Part shown: positions 16,646 to 27,148 of the stretch, one piece after another | How the letters are laid out: each line of letters opens with the position of its first letter | How positions within the stretch are numbered: position 1 is the stretch's first letter | Source: an uncultured Saprospiraceae bacterium | GTDB taxonomy: Bacteria > Bacteroidota > Bacteroidia > Bacteroidales > CAYLPA01 | Reading direction: 5' to 3' | Length of the DNA: 45,939 nucleotides | Assembly (NCBI GenBank): GCA_964385385.1 | Contig: CAYLPA010000003.1 | Coordinates: forward strand, 2,210 to 48,148 | Translations under genes and position numbers: made by a program | The notes under the pieces: model-generated | The model's input: only the letters and a program-made list of their open reading frames with translations | Told to the model about the DNA's origin: nothing | Database searches by the model: none

Positions 16646-18996
16646 AAAAATTATTATTAATATTATTGTTGACCACAATTAGTATTATTTTATTTTCTCA
16701 GGGAAAGTTTAAACAAACAATCAAAGGTGTTGTTGTTGATAAACAGTCCCAAATTCCATTACCCGGAGCAACAATTATCTTGCAGAATTTTGACCCGATA
16801 GTAGGTACCATTTCTGATGCTGAAGGTCATTTTAAACTCGAAAAAATTCCTATTGGAAGAGTTGATATTCAGGTAAGCTATGTTGGTTATAAATCTTTTG
16901 TATTAAATAATTTGCTTTTAAGTTCAGGTAAAGAACTGATTTTAAGAATTGAAATAGAAGAAAGTATTACCAAGATAGGAGAGGTAGTTATTAAAGCAAA
17001 TTCAAGGAAAGACCAGCCAATAAATAATATGGCTGTGATAAGTGCCCGTTCTTTTACAGTGGAAGAAACCAGTAGATATGCCGGAAGTTATGGTGACCCG
17101 GCACGTATGGCTTCAAATTATGCAGGCGTTATGACAGGTAGAGATAACCGAAATGATATTGTTATTAGAGGTAATTCGTCTATGGGAATTCTTTGGAAAT
17201 TAGATGATATTGAAATTACAAATCCCAGCCATTATGCAGCTTTAGGAACTACAGGAGGTCCAATTTCTATTTTGAATAATAATCTGTTAACAAACTCTGA
17301 CTTTTTAACAGGAGCTTTTCCTGCTGAATATGGAAATGCACTTGCCGGAGTTTTTGATTTAAAAATGCGAAACGGAAATAATGAAAATAGAGAGTACTGG
17401 TTGCAAACAGGATGGAATGGTTTGGAAATTGGAGCAGAAGGACCTTTTTCAAAAAAATCAAGAGCATCATACCTTGTTTCATATCGTTATTCTTTGTTAG
17501 AGCTTATTAATGCTGTAGGAATTAATTTAGATATTAATCCTAAATATCAGGATTTGAATTTTAAAATTAACATCCCTAATAAAAAAGGAAGAATTACAAT
17601 ATTCGGAATTGGTGGCACAAGTCAGATAAATCTTTTTGAAAAAAATAAAGACCAGGAAGATTGGTCATTTGAAAATTCGGGAGAAAATGTTGCAAATAGC
17701 TCCGATATTGGAATTTTTGCTATTTCTAACCTGTTTTTCATAAATGAGAAAACAAGGATAAAAACAAGTGTATCAGTTTTGGGTTCTGTTGTGTCATCTA
17801 AAATTGACACTTTCAGCATATCCAATATGTCTTTGTTTACAAAAGCAGGAGAAAATTCTTCGGAAATAAAATATTCTATTTCAAGCACTTTAAAGAAAAA
17901 ATTTAATGTTAAGAATAATGCTGAAATAGGAATTTCCTTCGATATTTATGATTTTAACTATAGGGACAGTACTTATTTGCATAGCAAGTATGTTAAAGAT
18001 ACCGATGCAAAAGGAAGCATGAATTTATTAAGAGCTTTTGCTCAGTTGCAACATAAATTTTCTGATAATCTTTCATTGTTCACAGGATTAAATTATCAAT
18101 TACTAACATTCAACAGTTCCCAAGTCATTGAGCCAAGATTGGGATTAAAATGGAAATTTAGTAATATTCAGTCTGTTAATTTGGGATTTGGAATGCATAG
18201 CCAATTACAGCCTCGTATGTTTTATTATATTCAGTCGCAATTGCCTGATGGCTCTTATATGCAAAGCAATAATAATTTGGATTTTTCAAAAAGCAATCAT
18301 TTTGTTTTAGGATATGATTATTTGTTAAATGAAAATTTAAGACTGAAGTTTGAGAGTTATTACCAGAAATTATATGATGTTCCTGTTAAAGAAAGTTTAG
18401 AGGCATATTCATTAATAAATTCCGGAGTTGAATATTTTGTTGGAAGAGAAGACAGCCTAATAAATCAAGGAACTGGCGAAAATTATGGTGTTGAATTAAC
18501 ATTGGAAAAATTTTTCAGCAAAAATTATTACTATCTGATAACAATGTCATTGTTCAATTCCAAATATATGGGATACGATAAAATTGAAAGAAATACGGCT
18601 TTCAATACAAATTATTTGTTGAACGCTGTTGGCGGTTATGAATTTAAAGTAGGCAAGAAAAAAAATGGTATCCTATCGCTTGGAATAAAAGCAACATGGA
18701 CAGGTGGCAGACCTTATATTCCTTTTGATGTTGATGAAACAATAAAACAAGGAACTGAAGTTTTGGATTGGGATAATGCCTACAAAAAAAGATATGATGA
18801 TTACAAAAGATTAAGTTTGCGAATAGGATTAAAAAGAAACAGAGAAAAATTTAATATTGAACTGATTTTAGATTTACAATATAGAACTAATTATACGAGT
18901 ATTTATATTGAAAGAATAGATGTTGAGACTGGAGAAATTAAGAATTATCAAAAAATGGGTTTTTATCCAATGACTACTTGGAGAATTCAGTTTTAA
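16642..18996 (+). CDS. TonB-dependent receptor with N-terminal carboxypeptidase-regulatory-like domain
   Basis: Signal peptide. IKGVVVDKQSQIPLPGATIIL (CarbopepD_reg-like). Plug region. Long beta-barrel ending in the terminal ...WRIQF. Confidence 0.8.
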   Translation: MKKLLLILLLTTISIILFSQGKFKQTIKGVVVDKQSQIPLPGATIILQNFDPIVGTISDAEGHFKLEKIPIGRVDIQVSYVGYKSFVLNNLLLSSGKELILRIEIEESITKIGEVVIKANSRKDQPINNMAVISARSFTVEETSRYAGSYGDPARMASNYAGVMTGRDNRNDIVIRGNSSMGILWKLDDIEITNPSHYAALGTTGGPISILNNNLLTNSDFLTGAFPAEYGNALAGVFDLKMRNGNNENREYWLQTGWNGLEIGAEGPFSKKSRASYLVSYRYSLLELINAVGINLDINPKYQDLNFKINIPNKKGRITIFGIGGTSQINLFEKNKDQEDWSFENSGENVANSSDIGIFAISNLFFINEKTRIKTSVSVLGSVVSSKIDTFSISNMSLFTKAGENSSEIKYSISSTLKKKFNVKNNAEIGISFDIYDFNYRDSTYLHSKYVKDTDAKGSMNLLRAFAQLQHKFSDNLSLFTGLNYQLLTFNSSQVIEPRLGLKWKFSNIQSVNLGFGMHSQLQPRMFYYIQSQLPDGSYMQSNNNLDFSKSNHFVLGYDYLLNENLRLKFESYYQKLYDVPVKESLEAYSLINSGVEYFVGREDSLINQGTGENYGVELTLEKFFSKNYYYLITMSLFNSKYMGYDKIERNTAFNTNYLLNAVGGYEFKVGKKKNGILSLGIKATWTGGRPYIPFDVDETIKQGTEVLDWDNAYKKRYDDYKRLSLRIGLKRNREKFNIELILDLQYRTNYTSIYIERIDVETGEIKNYQKMGFYPMTTWRIQF

Positions 18997-19154
18997 ACTG
19001 TTAGATTAATGTTCGCAAATTCAAAGCTTTTCTAAACATAAATTCCAAACAATAGGATTAAATAATTCTTTCAGTAATTATAATAGAATTGTTGAAATGG
19101 ATATTATTTTATAAAAAAAACGTAAATATGTATTGGAATTAATACAAATATGTG

Positions 19155-19162
19155 TATATTTG
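19155..19162 (+). promoter_or_regulatory. Candidate Bacteroidota -7 box (TAnnTTTG)
   Basis: TATATTTG, 26 nt upstream of the ATG at 19188. Confidence 0.5.
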
Positions 19163-19187
19163 TAAATGAATATTAATTCTAAAAAAA

Positions 19188-21485
19188 ATGGAAAATACCT
19201 CCACTCCAAAAAAAACTAAATTATTAGCTGTTATTATTTCCAAAAAGTTGCATTATCTAAGCTTTTTCATAATATTAATGTTTGGTTCATTAATAATTTC
19301 TTTTGGTCAAACTTCGAATATTTGGTTTTTTGGCAATTATGCAGGAGTTAACTTAGATACTACACCTCCTTCTGTATTTACTTCAAGCATGATGAACACA
19401 CCTGAGGGTTGTGCAAGTTGTTTATGTAAGTCCAGTTGTCCATGTAATCCAATCGCTCTACTTGAATATTATTCAAATGGTAAAAAGTTATGGAATGGAA
19501 ATCACCAACTTATTATGCAAGATTTAAACGGAAGTATTTATTCTACGCAATCTGCCCTAATTGTCAAACATTCAAGAGCAAAGTTTACTTATGTCTTTAC
19601 TACTGATGCTATGGGTGGTAGTCATGGACTACAATATACTATTTTAAAAGGCAATGTAGTTGAATCTAAAAACAATCCTTTGCTTGGTAATGCTACAGAA
19701 AGATTAACAATAGCTTTACATTGCAATCATCATGATTTTTGGATTATCACTCATGGCTGGAATTCCAATGCTTTTTATGCTTATAAACTCACTAAATATG
19801 GCTTGGAAACAACTCCAATAATTAGTTATGCAGGTAGTGTTCATAATGGAAATCTTAATAATGGTGCCGGATATTTAAAGGCATCACCAAAGAGCAATTT
19901 TCTGGCACAAGCCATCTTGGGTGCAGGCAAACTTGAAGTTTTCCGTTTTGACAATCAAAATGGTGTAGTTTTCGCTCCTATCACAATACCAAACATACCG
20001 AATCCTTATGGAGTTGAATTTTCAGAAACAGAAGATATCTTGTATGTATCATCCGCATCAGGAAGCATTTACCAGTATAAACTACATAATTACGACAGCA
20101 ATAGTGTCATAATTTCTAAAAAAATAATACTTCAATCCTCAAATCTAATAGGAGCTTTACAAATAGCCAAGGATAATATAATTTATGTTTCAGTTGATAA
20201 TAAATATTTTCTTGGAGCTATCACTAAACCTGACATTGATGGACTCGCATGTAATTATAATCCAAATTATATCTACCTTAAAGGAAAAAAAACAGAAGCC
20301 GGACTACCACCAAAAATACCTAAACAAAACTATCCTGAGATTGTTGCTAATGAACCATGTATTGGAGATACTTCTTTTTTTAAAATATCAAAAATACCAA
20401 CTATTTTAGATTCTGTGTTCTGGGATTTTGGTGATTCTGAAACTACACTTGACACTTCAACTAGTATGAAACCTTGGTATATATATCCAAAATCCGACAC
20501 TTTTGAAGTTGTTTTGTATTTATACTACTGTGGCAGCGTTGACACACTTACAGAATCTATTATGATAATTGACAAACCTAATGTAAATCTTGGTTCAGAT
20601 ACATCTTTCTGTGCAAATACATTTATAACTTTGTCGGGAGGTAATGGGTCAAATTTTTTATGGAGCAATGGAGATACAAGCCAAAATTTGACTGTAACTC
20701 AATCTGGAACATACTTTGTTAGGGCATCCAATAAGTGCGGAGACAGCTATGATACCATTGTAATAGAGAACATCTGGCCAGTACCATACATTTCATTACC
20801 TGCAGACAGTAATATTTGCACTGGGGATAGTATTCTTCTATTTGCCGGTGATTCCAATTACATTTATATATGGCAGAGCATCGACACATCATTGTTTTAT
20901 ACGGCAAAAAATGCCGGTACTTATTTTCTTACTGCTACAAATGAATACAATTGCAAAGCATCAGATAATTTTACTCTTAGCATTACGTTTCCTCCTCAAG
21001 CCAAGTTAGGAAATGATACAAATATTTGTGTCGGTTTTCCTTTTTTATTAGATGCAGGCTATGCTAATAACTATTTATGGAACAATGGTAATATTACCCA
21101 ATATAATCTTATTGATGAAAGCGGGCTTGTGATTGTTGAAGTTAGTAATAAATGTGGTAATGATATCGACAGCATTAATGTTACTGTGGAAGAATGTAAC
21201 CAAAAAATTTATGTCCCAAACGCATTTACACCAAATGGAGATGGAGAAAACGATTTATTCTTTCCAAAAGGTTATAGCATTGATTGGAATACATTAGAAA
21301 TGTCTATATATGACAGATGGGGCGAACAAATTTATGTTACAAATGATGTAAATAAAGGTTGGGATGGCAAAATTCAGGGGAGTGATAAGCTCTGTAAACT
21401 CGGTGTTTATTCTTGGTTAATAATAGTTAATGATATATATGGAAATAAAATTAAACAAACCGGTACAGTTACTTTATTGCGATAA
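19188..21485 (+). CDS. T9SS type B (gliding motility-associated) C-terminal sorting domain surface protein
   Basis: The C-terminal YVPNAFTPNGDGENDLFFPKG...WDG... motif is typical of the CHU_C / type B T9SS CTD. Three internal Cys-containing repeats of about 60 aa (C..D...L.....W..G.T...L.V...G.Y.V....CG..D.I). Confidence 0.8.
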   Translation: MENTSTPKKTKLLAVIISKKLHYLSFFIILMFGSLIISFGQTSNIWFFGNYAGVNLDTTPPSVFTSSMMNTPEGCASCLCKSSCPCNPIALLEYYSNGKKLWNGNHQLIMQDLNGSIYSTQSALIVKHSRAKFTYVFTTDAMGGSHGLQYTILKGNVVESKNNPLLGNATERLTIALHCNHHDFWIITHGWNSNAFYAYKLTKYGLETTPIISYAGSVHNGNLNNGAGYLKASPKSNFLAQAILGAGKLEVFRFDNQNGVVFAPITIPNIPNPYGVEFSETEDILYVSSASGSIYQYKLHNYDSNSVIISKKIILQSSNLIGALQIAKDNIIYVSVDNKYFLGAITKPDIDGLACNYNPNYIYLKGKKTEAGLPPKIPKQNYPEIVANEPCIGDTSFFKISKIPTILDSVFWDFGDSETTLDTSTSMKPWYIYPKSDTFEVVLYLYYCGSVDTLTESIMIIDKPNVNLGSDTSFCANTFITLSGGNGSNFLWSNGDTSQNLTVTQSGTYFVRASNKCGDSYDTIVIENIWPVPYISLPADSNICTGDSILLFAGDSNYIYIWQSIDTSLFYTAKNAGTYFLTATNEYNCKASDNFTLSITFPPQAKLGNDTNICVGFPFLLDAGYANNYLWNNGNITQYNLIDESGLVIVEVSNKCGNDIDSINVTVEECNQKIYVPNAFTPNGDGENDLFFPKGYSIDWNTLEMSIYDRWGEQIYVTNDVNKGWDGKIQGSDKLCKLGVYSWLIIVNDIYGNKIKQTGTVTLLR

Positions 21486-21669
21486 AAATATTTGTATTGA
21501 TTCAGTGCAACCTTTTGTTTAATCTCTTGTCTTTTTATAATATCAATATGTATTTTTATTAAATTCATTTATTTAACTTTGATAAAAAAATCGCAGAATT
21601 CTTTAGTAAGTTTGAATTATAAAGAAATAAAGAATATTATTTATCCTATGTTTATTTGAGTTTAGAATT

Positions 21670-24600
21670 TTAATCTTTTTTAAATTTTAAAACATAAATC
21701 AAGTTTGATGTAAATTTTGTATTATCAATTATTTCAACATCCAAATTATAATTAGCTGCAAAATCTGTAATTTTATTTTCCGATAAAAAGAAAAGTTTTT
21801 CATAGTTCGTTTTATTAAATCCGAAACGTGTTGAGAAAAACTCGGTATATTTTGTTCCCCAGTGTCTTTTCTTTAAATCTTTGTTTGCATCACGAATAAT
21901 AATTATTCCATTTGGATTCAAATTCTCAATACAATTTTTTACAACTATTTCTTGTTGTTGTTCGGGGATATAATGTAAAACATCACTTAAAATAAATACA
22001 TCGGTTTTGTCGAAAGAGAAATTTTCTACATCACCGGAAATAAACTTTATGCGTTTTTTTATTTCCTGATTATATAAGACACAATTGTTTGCAATTTCAA
22101 TTTTTTTGCTATCATAATCAATGCCAATAATGTTTCTTTTATTGGAAAGAAATCCAAGCATATGAGACATAAATCCGTATCCACAACCAATATCAACAAT
22201 ATTTGCTTCTGCAGGAATCAGATTGTTAAATAAAGAATAATTTTTTTCTAATCGTAGTTTTATTCTCAAATACCATTCTAAAACCGGACCTTTATAAATA
22301 TATTGTTTTATTAATCTGTCTTTGAAATAATCCGGTGTTTCTTCTTCAACCTTAAGTTTTTCATATTCTTTGCGGAAGAAATTAGCCATTGATTTTGCAT
22401 GTAACAAATTTGTATCTCCCAATTTTCCGTCTTTAAGATTAATTCTATCAAATATTTTTATAGTAATATGACCGGTTCTCATAAAGAATTCGGTTTTGTT
22501 TAGACAATCTCCGGCACCACGAATTATTAAGGGCAATACTTCTAAATCTAATTTGTCGGCGAGATAAAAAGCTCCTTTGTGGAAACGATTCATCTTTTCT
22601 GTTTTTGACCTGCTTCCTTCAGGAAAAGCTAAAATTGAAAAACCGTCTTTAACTTTCTCTTGCAAATATTCTACACTTTTTTCATATCCTTCAGCAACAG
22701 GATAAAATCCAATATATCTTACAAGAAATCCAAAAAATTTGCTTTTCCATACCCAATCATTTATCAAAATAATTGTTTTTGGATGTAACATTAATAGAAG
22801 AACTAAATCAAGGTGCGACTGGTGATTGGAAACTATTATGGCTGGTTTTTTAAATGTTGATGAATTATAATTAATTAATGTCTTTTTGATAAAAATATTT
22901 TCATAAACGATTATCTTACAAAACACCATTAATATATAATGCATCATTAGTTTTTTCTTTTTCTTTTTAATAGGAATTATGAAAAATATTGGTAATAATG
23001 ATGTCATAATAATACAGCCAATAAGAAAAACAATTAAGGTGTAAATTGAGATTAAAAAATTTTTTAATGTTACCGGAGAAAATCTATTTTTTCCTTTAGA
23101 TAATACCAAAAATCTAAATAGTAAAGGAAGTATAGTGTAGGAAATAATTACAACAGACGAAATCCCGATAATAGAAACAAGAGCTATGGATTGTAAGGCA
23201 GGATGTTTGGCGAAAATCAATACACCAACTCCTGTAATTGTTGTTATTGCCGAAAGCAAAATTGATGTTTTGTATGTATGCAAATTCTTAATTCCTGTGT
23301 TATATTCCTGTAACAATCCTCGTATAATAAAGATGCTGTAATCAATGCCTAATCCAAAAATAAGAGTAGAAATAATTATGTTGAAAATATTGAACTTAAT
23401 GCCGAAAATTCCCATTATTCCAAGTGTCCAGAGCCAGCTTATTATTATCGGTATAAAAGTTATTAATCCTAATTCTATCCTTCCAAATGCAAAAATCAAA
23501 ATAAGTAAAACGATTAATAATGAAATCTTGACCAACAAACTAAAATCTTTTCTTAAAGTATCAATAAACTGAGAAACAAAATTTCCTTTATCAAGAATTG
23601 TTATATCGCTATCATTTGAAAATGCTTCATAGATTTGCTTTTTATTGTTTTTGTCAACTTTTAATAGTGTAATCACAGATGATAATTCATCTTTTTCGCT
23701 AATATAATCTTTAAAAAACAGTTCTCTGATTTTGTTGAATTTGTCAGCTTCTAATGTTTTATATTGCTTGCTAAGTAGATTATAGAATTTTTCAAAAGCA
23801 TTTTCTTTAAACTTATATATTTTTCCTTCATCAATAAGATTTTGTTCTAACTGATGTCTTTTTTCAACAGTCCAATATTGATTCCACGATTCTATTCTAT
23901 GTTTTTGTAATGAATCAGAAATTAGTAATGTGCTTACTGAAGTATATTTATTTATAATATTTTGATTAGCGAGATTTTCAATTTTATCTTGAATTTTTTC
24001 ATTGTTTATTAAAGCCTGATTTAAGTCTTTGCCGGAGCAAGCAATAAAAATCGACTTGAGTTTATAATTGTTTATTCTGTCAAGATTTTCTTCTGCAATA
24101 GTTAGTTCATCAGAAACATAACTCATTTTTTCCATGTCTTTTTCAAAACTCACATATTTTGATGTGAAAATAAAAACGATAGAAACAACAACAATGATTG
24201 AAATAAGGAAATAGTTTTTATCAAATCTGTATGAAGTAAATTTTTCGATGAAATTTGTATTTGTAAAATCGGAATCTTTTTTTGATTTAAGTTTTCGAAT
24301 TTTCAAAAGATGAGGTAAAACAATTAAAGAAAACAGTGCAGCAGTAAAAACACTAAAAGCCGTAAAAAGACCTAATTCGTGAAGCGTTTCTGATGATACA
24401 AGAAATAAACACAGGAATGCTGAGGCTGTTGTTAGGCTGCTCACAATAATTGGAAATGAAACATCTCTTATAGTATCTTTTATAGAATTTTTGTGACGGA
24501 AATGAGTAAATATATGCAAAGAATAATCAACAGTAATTCCAAGCAAGACAGCACCAATGCTTAGAGAGATTAAAGAAATTTGAGATTTTATCAAAAACAA

Positions 24601-25545
24601 AAGAGCAAGCGAAACTAAACTGCCGAAAATTGCAGGAAGAAATACAAAGACAAAAATTCTCAGCCGCCTGAAATAAAAACCTATAAGCAGTATTAAAATA
24701 ATTAAAGCAATTGAAACAGTTAATATTATATCTTTTTTTATTCTCTTAGCATTACAGACAGAAACTGCAGTTGCACCAAAATATTCGGCTTTTACAATAT
24801 TATCGTTTTTGTTGGAAATGTTTAATAATACTTCATCGAGAGCATCGATAAAATCTGCGTTTTTTGAAGTTTCGTTAACAGGATTTAAAGTTGTAATAAA
24901 CAACAATAAGTTTTTCTGGTCTTTTGTGAAAATGTATCCGTTATGAATTTGGTAGTTATCATCAAATTGAAGCGATTGCAATTTCTTTAATGCAATGGCA
25001 TTGATTCCTACCGGATCGTCCATAATATATTTTTTCAAAGCAAAACTTGCTGGAGAAATCAAGGTCTTATAGTTGTTTTTCATTGATGTTTTTACTGATT
25101 GCTCACTTATAAGAGAATCAATTTTTTTATAATCTTTTTCATCTAAAAAAACAGGCAGGTTATCGTAGATAATAGAATATACTTCACCGATTAAATCATC
25201 AGAAACTTTATAAAAAACTTCTTTTACAAATGGGGCAAAGTGTTCGTTTTGCAATGTGTCAACAAACTCATTTGTGAAATCAATAAGCTTGTCGGGTGAA
25301 GCAATTTCATTTGTGTCGGATAGCGAAACATTAATTATTAACTTATCTGAAAACGAGAAGTCTTGTAATGAAACATTAGTTTTATCAGCATTTTTATTAA
25401 CAGGCAGCATTTTGGAAATGTTTTCTTCAAATGTTAGTTTTGACGAAAAATAAGCTGCCAATAAAGCAATAACTAATATTATTGAAATGAAAATTGCACG
25501 ATGGCTTTTAAAATAATTATATAATAAAATAAAAAACTGATACAT
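21670..25545 (-). CDS. Trifunctional fusion: MMPL/RND-type transporter + lysophospholipid acyltransferase + class I SAM-dependent methyltransferase
   Basis: The first ~870 aa carry two TM bundles separated by large loops (MMPL-like). Then VSNHQSHLDLVLL (HX4D) and FPEGSRS acyltransferase blocks. Then IVDIGCGYGFMS, SAM-binding motif I. Confidence 0.8.
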   Translation of the reverse strand: MYQFFILLYNYFKSHRAIFISIILVIALLAAYFSSKLTFEENISKMLPVNKNADKTNVSLQDFSFSDKLIINVSLSDTNEIASPDKLIDFTNEFVDTLQNEHFAPFVKEVFYKVSDDLIGEVYSIIYDNLPVFLDEKDYKKIDSLISEQSVKTSMKNNYKTLISPASFALKKYIMDDPVGINAIALKKLQSLQFDDNYQIHNGYIFTKDQKNLLLFITTLNPVNETSKNADFIDALDEVLLNISNKNDNIVKAEYFGATAVSVCNAKRIKKDIILTVSIALIILILLIGFYFRRLRIFVFVFLPAIFGSLVSLALLFLIKSQISLISLSIGAVLLGITVDYSLHIFTHFRHKNSIKDTIRDVSFPIIVSSLTTASAFLCLFLVSSETLHELGLFTAFSVFTAALFSLIVLPHLLKIRKLKSKKDSDFTNTNFIEKFTSYRFDKNYFLISIIVVVSIVFIFTSKYVSFEKDMEKMSYVSDELTIAEENLDRINNYKLKSIFIACSGKDLNQALINNEKIQDKIENLANQNIINKYTSVSTLLISDSLQKHRIESWNQYWTVEKRHQLEQNLIDEGKIYKFKENAFEKFYNLLSKQYKTLEADKFNKIRELFFKDYISEKDELSSVITLLKVDKNNKKQIYEAFSNDSDITILDKGNFVSQFIDTLRKDFSLLVKISLLIVLLILIFAFGRIELGLITFIPIIISWLWTLGIMGIFGIKFNIFNIIISTLIFGLGIDYSIFIIRGLLQEYNTGIKNLHTYKTSILLSAITTITGVGVLIFAKHPALQSIALVSIIGISSVVIISYTILPLLFRFLVLSKGKNRFSPVTLKNFLISIYTLIVFLIGCIIMTSLLPIFFIIPIKKKKKKLMMHYILMVFCKIIVYENIFIKKTLINYNSSTFKKPAIIVSNHQSHLDLVLLLMLHPKTIILINDWVWKSKFFGFLVRYIGFYPVAEGYEKSVEYLQEKVKDGFSILAFPEGSRSKTEKMNRFHKGAFYLADKLDLEVLPLIIRGAGDCLNKTEFFMRTGHITIKIFDRINLKDGKLGDTNLLHAKSMANFFRKEYEKLKVEEETPDYFKDRLIKQYIYKGPVLEWYLRIKLRLEKNYSLFNNLIPAEANIVDIGCGYGFMSHMLGFLSNKRNIIGIDYDSKKIEIANNCVLYNQEIKKRIKFISGDVENFSFDKTDVFILSDVLHYIPEQQQEIVVKNCIENLNPNGIIIIRDANKDLKKRHWGTKYTEFFSTRFGFNKTNYEKLFFLSENKITDFAANYNLDVEIIDNTKFTSNLIYVLKFKKD

Positions 25546-25560
25546 TAAATTATTGTTTTA

Positions 25561-26751
25561 TTATTCAGGATTAAGGGTTTTTTTTCTGAAAAATTCTAAA
25601 AATGCGAAAGTAATAAGACCGAAGCAAAAAGACAGAAATAATCCAAAAATAAAGCTACCGACAATATATTGCATTAGATTATCTTTCACAAATTCAAACG
25701 TAATTCCCGAAAATTCTATAAGGTTAATACTATTATTAAAAACTATACCTCCGAAAATATAACTGAAATACAAAATAAAAGGAATCATTGGCGGGATACT
25801 TATATTAGCCGCAACAATTACAATAAATTTGTTAAGTTTAAAAACATGTGCTAAAGCAATTGCAATAATTAATTGATAGCCCCAAACTGGTGCTATTCCC
25901 ATAAAAATTCCAAACATTACTGATAAAACTATTTTTATGTTTGAGTCTTTTGTATATATTAAATTTTTATAAAAAAATTCTTTTATTGTTTTTCTATTCA
26001 GGTATTTAATAAAATTAAAAGGTTTGATATAGACAATTGCTATGAACACTAAAAGTGAATTTAATAAGCTGACTCTGGCAAAATCACGGAAAGGACGAAA
26101 ATGCGAAACTCTCGTTTCTTTGGGAGCATAAAAAACGCTTATAGGAATTGAAATAACTTTTATCTTTTTCCATGCTGCTTTAACAAGAACTTCAATTTCG
26201 AACTCATATTTATTCGTAAAATATTTAATGTTCTTTATCTTTTCCAAAGGGTAGAGTCTGAAACCCGATTGAGTGTCAGCTAAATTTATGCCTGTTTCAA
26301 ATCTAAACCAGAAATTAGAAAATTTATGCCCGAAACTGCTCTTTGCCGGAATTCCCTCTTTATTCATATTTCTTGCTCCAACAATAATAGCTTCAGGTTC
26401 GGTATCCAGTTGAGCAATAAATGCAGGTAAATCATCAGGGAAATGTTGTCCGTCTGAGTCAATTGTAATGGCATATTTAAAACCACTTTCAAGTGCTTGT
26501 TTAAATCCTTTTCTTATGGCAAAACCTTTGCCTTGGTTTTCGGAATAATCAATAATAATTAGTGAAGAATATTTCTTTAGAAGTTTTGAAGTATCGTCAG
26601 TAGAGCCATCGTTAATAATAATAATATTATCAGTATATTTCAAAACACCAGTAATAACATTATCAATAGTTTTGCAGTTATTATAAGTAGGAATAATAAC
26701 ACAGCACTTTTTTTCTTGAATTTTTTTTATATAAGATTTATCCTTATTCAT
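25561..26751 (-). CDS. Family 2 glycosyltransferase fused to a C-terminal membrane (DUF2062-like) domain
   Basis: CCVIIPTYNN, IIINDGSTDDT and TIDSDGQH (DxD) motifs. Hydrophobic C-terminal third. Confidence 0.8.
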   Translation of the reverse strand: MNKDKSYIKKIQEKKCCVIIPTYNNCKTIDNVITGVLKYTDNIIIINDGSTDDTSKLLKKYSSLIIIDYSENQGKGFAIRKGFKQALESGFKYAITIDSDGQHFPDDLPAFIAQLDTEPEAIIVGARNMNKEGIPAKSSFGHKFSNFWFRFETGINLADTQSGFRLYPLEKIKNIKYFTNKYEFEIEVLVKAAWKKIKVISIPISVFYAPKETRVSHFRPFRDFARVSLLNSLLVFIAIVYIKPFNFIKYLNRKTIKEFFYKNLIYTKDSNIKIVLSVMFGIFMGIAPVWGYQLIIAIALAHVFKLNKFIVIVAANISIPPMIPFILYFSYIFGGIVFNNSINLIEFSGITFEFVKDNLMQYIVGSFIFGLFLSFCFGLITFAFLEFFRKKTLNPE

Positions 26752-27148
26752 TTTTCATTGATAAATTCTCACTAAAGATTCCTTTAAATTTAAAGAAAAT
26801 TTTCTTTTCAAACGAAATAACAACATTGAGCTGAAAAGCATCATCATCATTTTTTACCTTATAATTAACATTAAGCATTTTGTTAATCTCAGGTTTTATC
26901 ATTGAAATAAATTTAATATTGCTGCCTTGGTTCAAAAATAATTTTTTGTTAAAAAGCTCCGACATTATTTCTTTAATCATCTGAATTATACACACACCGG
27001 GGACTATAGGATTTCCGGGAAAATGTCCTTTATAAATTTCATGTTCCTCATTCAGTTCAATTGAAACATTAAATTCATCAGAATTATCTTTTGAATAATC
27101 GGTATCAATAATTTTAAAGAAATTGCCTAATAACATTTTAGATTTCAA
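26744..27148 (-). CDS. FabZ/FabA-like 3-hydroxyacyl-ACP dehydratase (hotdog fold)
   Basis: YKGHFPGNPIVPGVCIIQMIKE active-site motif. Confidence 0.8.
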   Translation of the reverse strand: MKSKMLLGNFFKIIDTDYSKDNSDEFNVSIELNEEHEIYKGHFPGNPIVPGVCIIQMIKEIMSELFNKKLFLNQGSNIKFISMIKPEINKMLNVNYKVKNDDDAFQLNVVISFEKKIFFKFKGIFSENLSMKNE

